The notes under the pieces are model-generated. The model was given only the letters and a program-made list of their open reading frames with translations, was not told where the DNA came from and made no database searches. Source: an uncultured virus (IMG/VR IMGVR_UViG_3300025655_005747) (Duplodnaviria; Heunggongvirae; Uroviricota; Caudoviricetes). From it: a stretch of 64,000 nt of DNA. The first letter of the stretch is position 1, and every line of letters begins with the position of its first letter. The stretch lies in IMG/VR virus record IMGVR_UViG_3300025655_005747. One strand, 5' to 3'. This document shows positions 27,350-36,897 of this stretch, piece after piece. Position numbers and translations under genes: made by a program.

Positions 27350-28664
27350 AGATTTTGTATCATTTCCTGATTTGAATTCTGGATTAGGCGGCATAGACTT
27401 ATTAGCAGATGCAGCAAGAAAAACATTAGGCGAGGATGCTAGCAGCAACAAAACGCTTTTTAAGGCTTTGGTTTTAAGAGCAGTCTCCGGACAAGAACTA
27501 TCAGAAACCACTATGGCGAACGTTCAAGGTGCCGATGAAGTAAAAGGAAATGGAACTCGTTCAACTGGTACCCGTGCTTATTTTGTTAAGATATTGGAAG
27601 ATTCTCCTCATAGATATCTTCCTGATGCTTGCCCAGATGGAACACCCGGTGTAGCAAATATCGGAAACAATCATTTGATACAATCAATGTATACTTATGC
27701 TATTGATAAAAGCGGAGGTTCATTATCTCCTAATACTGTTGTGCTGGTAAGATTAGAAAGGAAAGATTTCGGATACGATACAGATACAGGAACTATAGAG
27801 GGAGTAATAGGTGCTCGTGAATCGGAAAAGATCATACGAGAAGCAGAACTAGGTTGTGGTAGCCCTATGAAAGCCCATAAAGATCCTAAGAAGAAAAAGA
27901 AAACCCTCACAACGCCAAACAGTGACCCGGCCTACCGAGGCGTTCAATTTCCCAATAATAATATCTATACAATATTACTAAATGATGCTGAAACTTTAGA
28001 AAGTTATCAATACATATCGTCTTCCGCTCCGGTTTCACCGAAATTAAAAGGTATCGTCGAAACAGAACTTGATTTCTGGAGCGATAAAATAGAAACAGAT
28101 GAATCTGCAAAACCTAGACTCAAGTTATATTGGGACAATCTAGACGTGAAAGAATGGACTGCTAAAGGCACAGCGTGGTCCGCGGCATTTATATCTTATG
28201 TTGTAATGAAATCAGATAGAACTTTTCCCGGCTCGTATGCTCACTGGTTATATTCCGAATCAGTAAAAGATAGCGAAGGACCATGGACTCTTTGGAAAAC
28301 AAGAGAAAACAAAATAACCGCTCAAGTTGGTGATGTGCTAGTCAAAGCCCGAAGAGGTTCAAAAGCTCCCAATCCTCCTGTGAACACCGCCACTCATGGT
28401 GACGTGGTGTATAAAATAGAAAATAATAAGGCATATTTAGCAGGTGGTAATCTTGGCGGCGGTGTGTCCGGAAAACAAACTGCTAAAATAGCAACAACAC
28501 TATCTTTAACTAAAGAAGGATATTACCAGTCATATGGACAATATGAAATAGTATTAAAGAAAAACGGACAAATATATAATGAAACAGACAAGCCCTCCGC
28601 GACAGTGGCTACTGCTGAAACAGAATCCTTTTTTGAGAGCTTCTTGGACTTCTTTACCTCATAA
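27342..28664 (+). CDS. Putative baseplate-hub protein with a C-terminal DUF2272/CHAP-like cell-wall hydrolase domain
   Basis: AWSAAFISYV, GDVLV, HGDVV and AGGN motifs; position just ahead of the baseplate genes. Confidence 0.6.
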   Translation: MAKDFVSFPDLNSGLGGIDLLADAARKTLGEDASSNKTLFKALVLRAVSGQELSETTMANVQGADEVKGNGTRSTGTRAYFVKILEDSPHRYLPDACPDGTPGVANIGNNHLIQSMYTYAIDKSGGSLSPNTVVLVRLERKDFGYDTDTGTIEGVIGARESEKIIREAELGCGSPMKAHKDPKKKKKTLTTPNSDPAYRGVQFPNNNIYTILLNDAETLESYQYISSSAPVSPKLKGIVETELDFWSDKIETDESAKPRLKLYWDNLDVKEWTAKGTAWSAAFISYVVMKSDRTFPGSYAHWLYSESVKDSEGPWTLWKTRENKITAQVGDVLVKARRGSKAPNPPVNTATHGDVVYKIENNKAYLAGGNLGGGVSGKQTAKIATTLSLTKEGYYQSYGQYEIVLKKNGQIYNETDKPSATVATAETESFFESFLDFFTS

Positions 28665-28675
28665 TAGAGAGTTTT

Positions 28676-29653
28676 ATGACTAAAAAAATAAACGAATCAC
28701 CAACTACAAACAAAGCAGACGGAATATATCCTTACCCTCCAACCCACGCAAAAGACGGAATATTTCACACTCCACACCCTGGACCTTTTGCAAAATTTAA
28801 GGTAGCCCCTAATGAGTACACTATACAAAACGAAGGTGCCTCTATTGTATTGGGAACTGATAGACCCAGTTCAATGGCTAGTGGATATGGCGCCATGGGT
28901 TCCGATAAAGCTAACTCTATTGATTTGGTTGTTGGTAGAATGGCTAATGCTGATGGGGGAAATGGCCCTCCGGGTCTGAAAGAGGGTGACGCTGAAGTTG
29001 ATAACTCTATGTATGCTGACGCTGCGCGCATACTCATAAGCCAATTAACAGATGTAGATAAAAACTTTGGATTAGCAGCGGGAAATCTAGGTCCGTCTAA
29101 ATCCCGTGCATCAATTGCATTAAAAGCAGATACTGTACGAGTCATCGGCAGAGAAGGTGTAAACATTGTTACAGGCGAAGCACAAGGTGTTGAAGGTTAT
29201 GGGTTGACCGGCGAAACAAACTCTATGGGTGGAAGAATCGTCACAAGAGTGCCTCAAATTAACTTGATTGCTGGAAATCATACGGGCACTTACATCACTT
29301 TTGGTGGTATTTATCATCCTCTTGAGACAATTAGAAACCTTCAGCCAGCAGTGCGAGGTGAATTAACAAGAGACGCATTCTTAGAGTATTCTGAAATAAT
29401 GGAAGATTTAATGTCTATTATAACACTACACACATATTCAAATATGATTCACAATAGTCTTTTATCTTTCCTGGTACCCTTTTACAATTTACCGGCTGCG
29501 TTAGCTAACGTCACATTTTATGGCGCTATGATTAACCCTTGGGTACTGCACTCGCTGTATCAGTTAAGAACAACACTCAATTTCATCAATTTTAACTATT
29601 GTAACTCTGGAGGCTACAAGTATATTTGCAGTAGAAACGTGCATTTAACGTAG
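28676..29653 (+). CDS. Putative baseplate spike (gp5 C-terminal-like)
   Basis: Short beta-strand pattern (IVLGTDR, DAARILIS, IALKADTVRVIGREGVNIVTG) and gene context. Confidence 0.5.
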   Translation: MTKKINESPTTNKADGIYPYPPTHAKDGIFHTPHPGPFAKFKVAPNEYTIQNEGASIVLGTDRPSSMASGYGAMGSDKANSIDLVVGRMANADGGNGPPGLKEGDAEVDNSMYADAARILISQLTDVDKNFGLAAGNLGPSKSRASIALKADTVRVIGREGVNIVTGEAQGVEGYGLTGETNSMGGRIVTRVPQINLIAGNHTGTYITFGGIYHPLETIRNLQPAVRGELTRDAFLEYSEIMEDLMSIITLHTYSNMIHNSLLSFLVPFYNLPAALANVTFYGAMINPWVLHSLYQLRTTLNFINFNYCNSGGYKYICSRNVHLT

Positions 29654-29661
29654 GATAAGAA

Positions 29662-32600
29662 ATGGCTGAAGATAAATTTGTAACATTTAATAAGACTATG
29701 GTCCCATCTAACGAGATGGAAATGACGCCTCGTGCGCAATCTCCATTCATCAGATTTCAAGATAAGAATGGCGATGGTATCGATGATGTGTGTGCCGATG
29801 GACCAATCCCAATTCAAAAATGTAGACAGTGTATACCAAATCCATATTCGATCGTTTCAAATTGGCGCAATAGAAACCAGTTGAACCCCATTCTTAATGA
29901 AAAAAGCTGTAAGTATCAAATAACCTACGTTACTCCTGAGACAACGACTGGCTTCTTGGAAGGTATGACGGATGAAGAAGCAGACGCTGTCTTAAAATCT
30001 CTTTACGATAAATACGCTTATCAAGCAGTGCAAACACTCGTCGAATATTTTCAGAAAGACGACTCTCGCGAGACAATACAGAATCTTCTAAAAGTAACAG
30101 ATTATACAGATTTTTATCTTGAGGCAAGAGCCGGCTCAAGACTTAAATTGCTTTATTCAATAGATTTTGATTACATCTATGATTTGCCTCCTATTGAAGA
30201 TGATTTCTCTGATACAGATGAGGAGGAAGCCGAAGCGGACGACATAGTAATAACAATGATGGCTGCTAATATCAATAGTGATATCGTTAAGCTAAGGAAA
30301 ACATTAGATCTCTACAATAGATATCTCAAGGTTTACAGAGCCACAGAGGGTGGTAATCTAAAATTTAAGAAAACTGATAGAATATTCAACCTTGGAGATT
30401 ACGGCGATAACGGTCTTTTTGGTAATGGTATTTTAGCGGATACTTATAATCAATTAGACAACTGGTTGGCTGGTAGAGGTTATACACTTGGCGTAGGCTT
30501 TTTTGATTTTTTCAGTTCTGATGAACTTATAACTAAAATGCGAATGGTGTTTAGTGGTCAATACAGAATCAAAAAATTGGAAGTGTATACTCAAGGCTGT
30601 AGAGACAAACCTGCCGCCGTATACAAACAAAGAAGACTTGCTACCTTAAGAAGACAAAGTGGCTGGAGAGATAGAACAGCCGTAGCATATTTTGCTAACC
30701 AGAAGAACATGATTCGTGATGCAGAAGCCCGACGACCAAAGCCTTGGTTGGACTTTTTGCAAGAGCATACATATCCAGAAATTTATGTTTATCAACCTGC
30801 GGAAGGTCCAGTGGGCAAGCCTAACATCAGCGATTGTGTGGCTAACAATCTTGAAAACGAATTCAAAGAACTTGGACAGGACATTTTTGACGAAGTGTTT
30901 AGCATTGGAGACGCAATTGCTAAACAATTCCATGAGTCACTTTGTCGTTCAAATCCAGATGAAGTAAGAAAAGACTTAGCCGCACAAGGACTGGAGCCTG
31001 GAACTACATTCACAGATCTATTCAACATGCAAGCCCAGTCACAAATGCAAAACTTTTTCACAGTTAATGAAAAAGATCCCATTTTTATTAATATGTGTAA
31101 GAGAGCGTTGTTGGGCGCCGGCTTTGGTGGAATGGGTATGGCGCAATTAGATTCATTGTACCGTCACGGTCTTGGTCCATTAACATATTGCGGTTTGTTT
31201 GATTTGCTTTTTGAAGCGATAGAGTGTTTGTTTAAAGGCTTAACCTTAGAACAAGCTCTTGGTAGAATTTTATTAACTGCTCTCAAAGCGATGGGAGTTG
31301 AGGACTTTGGTGCCCTATTCGTTGGGCTGCCTCCAGATAAAAGAGCAGAACTAGATGCACTAGTAAGAAAGAATTTACGAGAAGGAAAACCATTTAAAAA
31401 CTTAAGTGACCGTTCTCCTGCTGCTGAAGATGCACCATTCTGGGGCGGATTCAAAATCGAAAAACCATGGGAGAACGAAGAGTTTGTAGCACACCAGCAA
31501 GCAATAGCCCGCCCCGGTCCATTTGGAGACACACAAGCATCTAAAAGTATTTCTGGCTATGACCCAACACAAGAAAGAAGAACACTAGCACAAAAACTTG
31601 GTGGACCCTCGTCTGCATCGAAGGATGGGTTGGATCCAAGCGTTGTTTTAGATGCTTATGTGTTGGCTTTGATCGAAGTATATGAAGATAATTATCTCGC
31701 ACTTTTGGACCATTTAAGCGCATTCCCAGGCGCCCAGCTTATTTCAGCAGTTATAGCGTTGTTCGACTGTCCAACACCTCCGTTGTTTAATCCCGGTATT
31801 ATGGACTTTATTAAGAGTCTAACCCTTCCGTTCTGCAATCAACCTACGCCCATCGTATCAATAAGATTGGAAAACCCTTTCCGTGCATGGCCAAAAATAA
31901 GTGATATCCTCGGTTTAATTTTTGCAGTATTGAAAAAGCTGCTGATAATGTTGCTTATGAAGATTCTTTTGATGATTCTCGCAAAGGTTTGCGAAATCAT
32001 TGCAGATGCTATTTGTAAGGCGTTAGAAACTGTCGGCGCTATAGCTGGTTCTCTTCCTGCCTTGTTAAGCGGAAGAGAGTCTTTGTATGGAGTTATTAGA
32101 GATACCATCTGCGGACCCGACGCTGACCAGCAAACAGTTGAGGATACAGTTGTCTCTCTTGTTGAACAACTTGGTGTCGGTGGTGCTGCTTTAGCAGACA
32201 GAGAAACAGCAGTAAACTTCTTTGCTGACTCAATCAATACAATGACGAGAGAAGAGGTGTTAGGAGCCTTTCTGGATGGACCATCAGACACTGCGCTTGA
32301 TTTGATGGACAATATTATTGAGTTTGACTACCCAGAATATCGTGATGCTTTTCCGGGAAAACCAGCGCTCTCAAGTTTCTTTAAAAATGTTGGTGTACTA
32401 ATTCCGGCACAAACAAGAGCAGACATGAGAGATATTCTTGAGGCGTTCCCAGAAGAATTGGGTACTCCAGCAAACCCGTCTATGTGTTCGACTCCGGAGG
32501 AACTCCAGCTTTTTGAACAACAAAGATGCTCACTTTTGGAAGGCAGAATGTCTCCCGCTCAGTGTGAGGCTTTAAATGAGAGCGCGAGAGGACAGCTACT

Positions 32601-35600
32601 TGAAGATCTGGACGACATTGCTAAGACGCTACAATTAGGACTTCCAAATATGATTGAGGCTAACATGCCCCCGGTTTTCTCTGATCCTGGGTGTAATAAT
32701 GGAATGCTTCCATATGAGCCGGAAGAATTAAAAGAAGCAGCAATGCTCACCGTTGAGGGCGATGTAAAGAGAATAGAAATGATGTTTGCGTCAGATATGT
32801 TAGCTGATGGAGGCTTTTCTCTTTTCGACAATCAAGATGATTGGGGATTTTTCAACATGGTCCTTTCAGATACATATGGAAATCCTTGGACTGTCCATCA
32901 AGATAAGGTTGCAGCAAATGCTCGTTGGGTGTCCTTTTATGGGGAGCCTAGTGAGGATGTGTGGGAGGGGCCACCATCTCCTCCGGGCAGCCCGTTTGCA
33001 ATACCGGGCTGGCTTGGCGCGCTACTCGTATGGGCAATACTCTTTCCTTTACAGATCATCATTAGAGTAATAAACTGGTTATTTTTTAGTGATGTACGCG
33101 GTGCATACCCACAGTGGATTGCAGGATACCTACATGAGCAATTTAATCCAGCCGGCGCAGGGCAAGGACGCAAAGCGTCTGCTCCTGCATATGGACCAGC
33201 AGATTTTAATACTGAATTAAGAGGTGGCTTTTCGTTCGCTTTATACGATGAGAGAACGAGTTTACCAGTACAGTCTATGCGATTTTCTTCAACAAATAAT
33301 TGGCGCCGAGACAAGAGTTTTTCTAGAAGTTTTGATAAGTTAGGCTTTGAGGGCTTCTTTTGGGACACAGACGTAGAGTTGGTTGATACAGCAAACTATG
33401 GTTACAATGTTTCCGCCAAGGTTGATTTCGCAAATGACCGCGTTAGATTCACTAAGAAAGGCAGAAAAAATACTCCTGATATTGTTTTAACTTATCGAGA
33501 TAATGGTAAGGGCTACCGCTCTGGTTGGAATAAACTGGGGGATTATTTTGGCGGCTCGCCTGCACAGTGGGGGTTTGGCTATGAAGTAAGGGCGTTTTAC
33601 CAAGATCTGGTCAAAAAAGACGAAAACATTTTTAATAGATCAGACGACTGTGTCCGTGTAGAGGTGATGACGGCAATTAATGTAAACTCCGCCTATGGGC
33701 TTGGAAACCCATCTATTTCAACCGGCCAAGAAAACGAGGCATTAAGTAATGGTGGTGATCTTGAAGATCCAGGGGTCATCACGTCACAAAGATTTGAGTT
33801 TTTATCTGTTGATGATACGCTTGACCATGTTGATTTAATAGACTTTCCTCTCTTGGCTTCTAGCTTTGAGACACAAAAGACAATGTCTCCACCAGTTCTT
33901 GGCTTAGTGGATATGATCAATCTTTCGGAAAGAGAAAATGGTATCACTACCAACATTGGCGATGGTCAAGCACAAACTCTGTACGACACCATTAACCAAC
34001 AATTCTTCGAAGATTTCGCTACAGAAATTTATAACAACGATACTGGTTGGTTGTTCGGAGCCACATATCCAAATTACACACGCAAAGACTTTGAGTATGG
34101 CGTAACACTCGATGCCGAATTGGCGCGCTTTAATGGAGGCGACGATAAGATTGGTACTTGGGTACCTTGGTGGAATCTTAAAGTGTCTGACGGAGAAGGC
34201 GGGGAAACATTTGTGTGGATGTCTGATGAAGCATTCTTGGGTATAAGTTATAACGCTCACGTTAACCGAAATAACCCAGAAAAAATAGGAGTATTTTATC
34301 TCGAACCTGCAAAATACGGCGGTTCTTATAACTTTCCTCCTGTATACGCCAAGCCACCCCCCAACACAGGCTGGACTGGAATGTTAGACATTATGTTCCC
34401 AGAACAAAGCCCGCGCACTTGTAAAAACAAACAAGAGGGAATAACTGGCTTTGGTGAGGTTCAAAAGATGGTTCGCGATACATATGCATCTCTATCCGAA
34501 GACGATCGAATAAATGGTGATCCGGATTGTACAAGAGAAGTACCGTTCGATAGAATTTTAACAAGAACCGGAAAATCGGCTATCCGCGGACTTATAATGG
34601 CTGGTATTCGTTGTTTTGCGAACGTTGAAATAATGAGAGGTTTGGGGACATTTACGACGTTTGCTCCCGACTTTGAAGAAAACTACAGCAAGATGTATTC
34701 TGGATTTATTGTGGAAATCATGAAAGAATCATTCATGACCACCGGAGGCAACTGGCTCAATCCATTCAACGATAATGAATTCTGGTATGCTTTCTTAGAA
34801 ATGAGCGTTCAGTATTATATCGATCGATTAGATGATCCAAATGATGAGTATATTACATTAGAAAATATGTCTGATTCTATTCGAGCGGCCCTCGAAAGAA
34901 TTGATAGGTTACAAAAAAATTATAAGTATCCATGGGATTTCGATGACTTCAATAGCGAGGACTACGGCACATTTGAATCAATGAAGAGTTTCCGAGAGAG
35001 CAAAAACCTTGAAGCAGTCAAAAGAGTTGAGGATGAAGCTAAATTGATATTACAAGAGTTGGTCCACGAACAATTGGTTGCTGTTGGTAAATTGTTTATT
35101 AAGAACGCTGGCCGCGGAGGCTTAAGTCCAAAGTATGTTAATATGAACTACTATTTCTTTAACAAGTATTGTGCAGGTGGAGAAAACTTGGCGCTCCATG
35201 GAGAACATAAATTTAGAGTCAAAAAAGACTCGTTACCCACGTCAGGCTACGGCCACTATTCAACCGGCGATCAACTTGCACTACCGAGCGGCGATCCATA
35301 CGTTGGCGAATATCACACACATATTGATATTGACGGCGAGTTGATATATATGGCTGGTGCAGAGCATAACGAAGTAGAAGAGCAAGACAGGCTTATTCCG
35401 TTTGCTCACGAACTTGAAGTAGTCTCAACAAAAGAAGTGGTCACCCAAGACGGCAATAAGTTTTCAGTTTCGGGCAGCGAGGAACTCCTCGGAGATATTA
35501 TGCCGGCTTCAGATACGTCAAAGAACTTTTATTTAGCAAAATATATTCTTATTGATGGAATCAAGTACAACAACGAGGAAGGCGTCAATACCGTCAGATC

Positions 35601-36471
35601 CAATAGAGGTTTTATATCAGATAACTTCCCTGGAGATATGAGGTTGATTAAAGAGCAAATTATAAGAGATGATCAAGTAATTGGAGAAGGTCGCCCCATA
35701 GGAGTAACAGGTAACCTCGGAGTAGAATACATGCTGGAATTTGGAATGATCAATCCCGGCTCAAGCCAAAAAATACCAATGGCTTCTACGAAGATGAGCG
35801 CGGTTGATGTAGAGTGCGCCCGTTTTATTGGTATTGAAGCAAACAGTAAAATATTGTGGTGCCTAATAAATCAACTCCAACACGAACCGCGTTATCGCTT
35901 TGTCGTAGATTATATCTTCTCTATGAAGAAGTCGTTGTCTCTTCTTGCAATGTACAACAGCCTTGGGCTTACTCCGTCTATTGGTGAGTGGGTAACACCG
36001 TCTGGAACCTTAAAGTCGCCCAAGCTACCGAACCCAGCCGAAGGTGCTATTGATACTCTATTTGGAACACCGCCAAAAGAAAAACCCGGTATGTACGTTA
36101 CTGGTTATGAATGGGATCCGGATACAAAGAGCTATATAGCAACGACAGACGCGGTTCCAGGTTGGTTATCAGAAGATGATCGTAATAGCTGGTTCTCAAG
36201 TTTTGGATATTTAGATTATGATGAATGGGATCAAGAAATTCTTCGTAAGACAACACGCTACATGAAAAATGCCTTCCACACGCACTACCGCAACAGAAAG
36301 TGGACACCACCAGATTATGGAGGACGTGATCCTGTTGCAGAGTTTGTAAGCGGGCTCACATCGAAGTTTAGATTTAACCCAGCTTACAAGATTCTTCCAT
36401 CGTTCCAGAAGAAGCAAGCACGCGGAAATGTTTTTGATGCTAACGGAAACGAGTGTAAGAAAAAGGGCTAG
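29662..36471 (+). CDS. Very large virion-associated protein (2269 aa) with hydrophobic segments
   Basis: Long uninterrupted ORF between the spike-like gene and gp25; two TM-like stretches and a DxNxDG motif. Confidence 0.7.
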   Translation: MAEDKFVTFNKTMVPSNEMEMTPRAQSPFIRFQDKNGDGIDDVCADGPIPIQKCRQCIPNPYSIVSNWRNRNQLNPILNEKSCKYQITYVTPETTTGFLEGMTDEEADAVLKSLYDKYAYQAVQTLVEYFQKDDSRETIQNLLKVTDYTDFYLEARAGSRLKLLYSIDFDYIYDLPPIEDDFSDTDEEEAEADDIVITMMAANINSDIVKLRKTLDLYNRYLKVYRATEGGNLKFKKTDRIFNLGDYGDNGLFGNGILADTYNQLDNWLAGRGYTLGVGFFDFFSSDELITKMRMVFSGQYRIKKLEVYTQGCRDKPAAVYKQRRLATLRRQSGWRDRTAVAYFANQKNMIRDAEARRPKPWLDFLQEHTYPEIYVYQPAEGPVGKPNISDCVANNLENEFKELGQDIFDEVFSIGDAIAKQFHESLCRSNPDEVRKDLAAQGLEPGTTFTDLFNMQAQSQMQNFFTVNEKDPIFINMCKRALLGAGFGGMGMAQLDSLYRHGLGPLTYCGLFDLLFEAIECLFKGLTLEQALGRILLTALKAMGVEDFGALFVGLPPDKRAELDALVRKNLREGKPFKNLSDRSPAAEDAPFWGGFKIEKPWENEEFVAHQQAIARPGPFGDTQASKSISGYDPTQERRTLAQKLGGPSSASKDGLDPSVVLDAYVLALIEVYEDNYLALLDHLSAFPGAQLISAVIALFDCPTPPLFNPGIMDFIKSLTLPFCNQPTPIVSIRLENPFRAWPKISDILGLIFAVLKKLLIMLLMKILLMILAKVCEIIADAICKALETVGAIAGSLPALLSGRESLYGVIRDTICGPDADQQTVEDTVVSLVEQLGVGGAALADRETAVNFFADSINTMTREEVLGAFLDGPSDTALDLMDNIIEFDYPEYRDAFPGKPALSSFFKNVGVLIPAQTRADMRDILEAFPEELGTPANPSMCSTPEELQLFEQQRCSLLEGRMSPAQCEALNESARGQLLEDLDDIAKTLQLGLPNMIEANMPPVFSDPGCNNGMLPYEPEELKEAAMLTVEGDVKRIEMMFASDMLADGGFSLFDNQDDWGFFNMVLSDTYGNPWTVHQDKVAANARWVSFYGEPSEDVWEGPPSPPGSPFAIPGWLGALLVWAILFPLQIIIRVINWLFFSDVRGAYPQWIAGYLHEQFNPAGAGQGRKASAPAYGPADFNTELRGGFSFALYDERTSLPVQSMRFSSTNNWRRDKSFSRSFDKLGFEGFFWDTDVELVDTANYGYNVSAKVDFANDRVRFTKKGRKNTPDIVLTYRDNGKGYRSGWNKLGDYFGGSPAQWGFGYEVRAFYQDLVKKDENIFNRSDDCVRVEVMTAINVNSAYGLGNPSISTGQENEALSNGGDLEDPGVITSQRFEFLSVDDTLDHVDLIDFPLLASSFETQKTMSPPVLGLVDMINLSERENGITTNIGDGQAQTLYDTINQQFFEDFATEIYNNDTGWLFGATYPNYTRKDFEYGVTLDAELARFNGGDDKIGTWVPWWNLKVSDGEGGETFVWMSDEAFLGISYNAHVNRNNPEKIGVFYLEPAKYGGSYNFPPVYAKPPPNTGWTGMLDIMFPEQSPRTCKNKQEGITGFGEVQKMVRDTYASLSEDDRINGDPDCTREVPFDRILTRTGKSAIRGLIMAGIRCFANVEIMRGLGTFTTFAPDFEENYSKMYSGFIVEIMKESFMTTGGNWLNPFNDNEFWYAFLEMSVQYYIDRLDDPNDEYITLENMSDSIRAALERIDRLQKNYKYPWDFDDFNSEDYGTFESMKSFRESKNLEAVKRVEDEAKLILQELVHEQLVAVGKLFIKNAGRGGLSPKYVNMNYYFFNKYCAGGENLALHGEHKFRVKKDSLPTSGYGHYSTGDQLALPSGDPYVGEYHTHIDIDGELIYMAGAEHNEVEEQDRLIPFAHELEVVSTKEVVTQDGNKFSVSGSEELLGDIMPASDTSKNFYLAKYILIDGIKYNNEEGVNTVRSNRGFISDNFPGDMRLIKEQIIRDDQVIGEGRPIGVTGNLGVEYMLEFGMINPGSSQKIPMASTKMSAVDVECARFIGIEANSKILWCLINQLQHEPRYRFVVDYIFSMKKSLSLLAMYNSLGLTPSIGEWVTPSGTLKSPKLPNPAEGAIDTLFGTPPKEKPGMYVTGYEWDPDTKSYIATTDAVPGWLSEDDRNSWFSSFGYLDYDEWDQEILRKTTRYMKNAFHTHYRNRKWTPPDYGGRDPVAEFVSGLTSKFRFNPAYKILPSFQKKQARGNVFDANGNECKKKG

Positions 36472-36514
36472 TGTAATATTTAACACAGATCTAAATATCT
36501 AAAAGAGGAAGAAC

Positions 36515-36883
36515 ATGTCATCTCTCGGAGTCAAACTACCATTAGCGCGTGATGTTGGTGACGGTTATGGAATGATAAAAAGTTTCAAAACCATGATAAG
36601 ACAGAATTTTAAAATGCTGCTTTTGACTAGCCCAGGTGAGAGAGTAATGGAACCGAACTTTGGCGTCGGATTAAAAAAATATTTATTTGAAAATTTTAAT
36701 GAAAGTGTTTTTGCTAAAATAGAAAGAGATATTTTTAGTCAAACACAGACATATCTTCCCGTTATTAATATAAACGAAATTAGATTTAACACAGCACTAA
36801 TGGACGAAAACCAGTTGGGTATCCAAATTCGTTATTCAATACCAAATTTAAATATTCAAGATTTATTAGAATTTACTATTTAA
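36515..36883 (+). CDS. Baseplate wedge / sheath initiator, T4 gp25-like
   Basis: QNFKMLLLTSPGERVMEPNFGVGLKKYLFE. Confidence 0.92.
   Translation: MSSLGVKLPLARDVGDGYGMIKSFKTMIRQNFKMLLLTSPGERVMEPNFGVGLKKYLFENFNESVFAKIERDIFSQTQTYLPVININEIRFNTALMDENQLGIQIRYSIPNLNIQDLLEFTI
36875..36882 (+). promoter_or_regulatory. ACTAnTTA candidate phage promoter motif
   Basis: ACTATTTA followed by GAGG and ATG 36898. Confidence 0.45.
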
Positions 36884-36897
36884 AATGAGGGTTTTTT

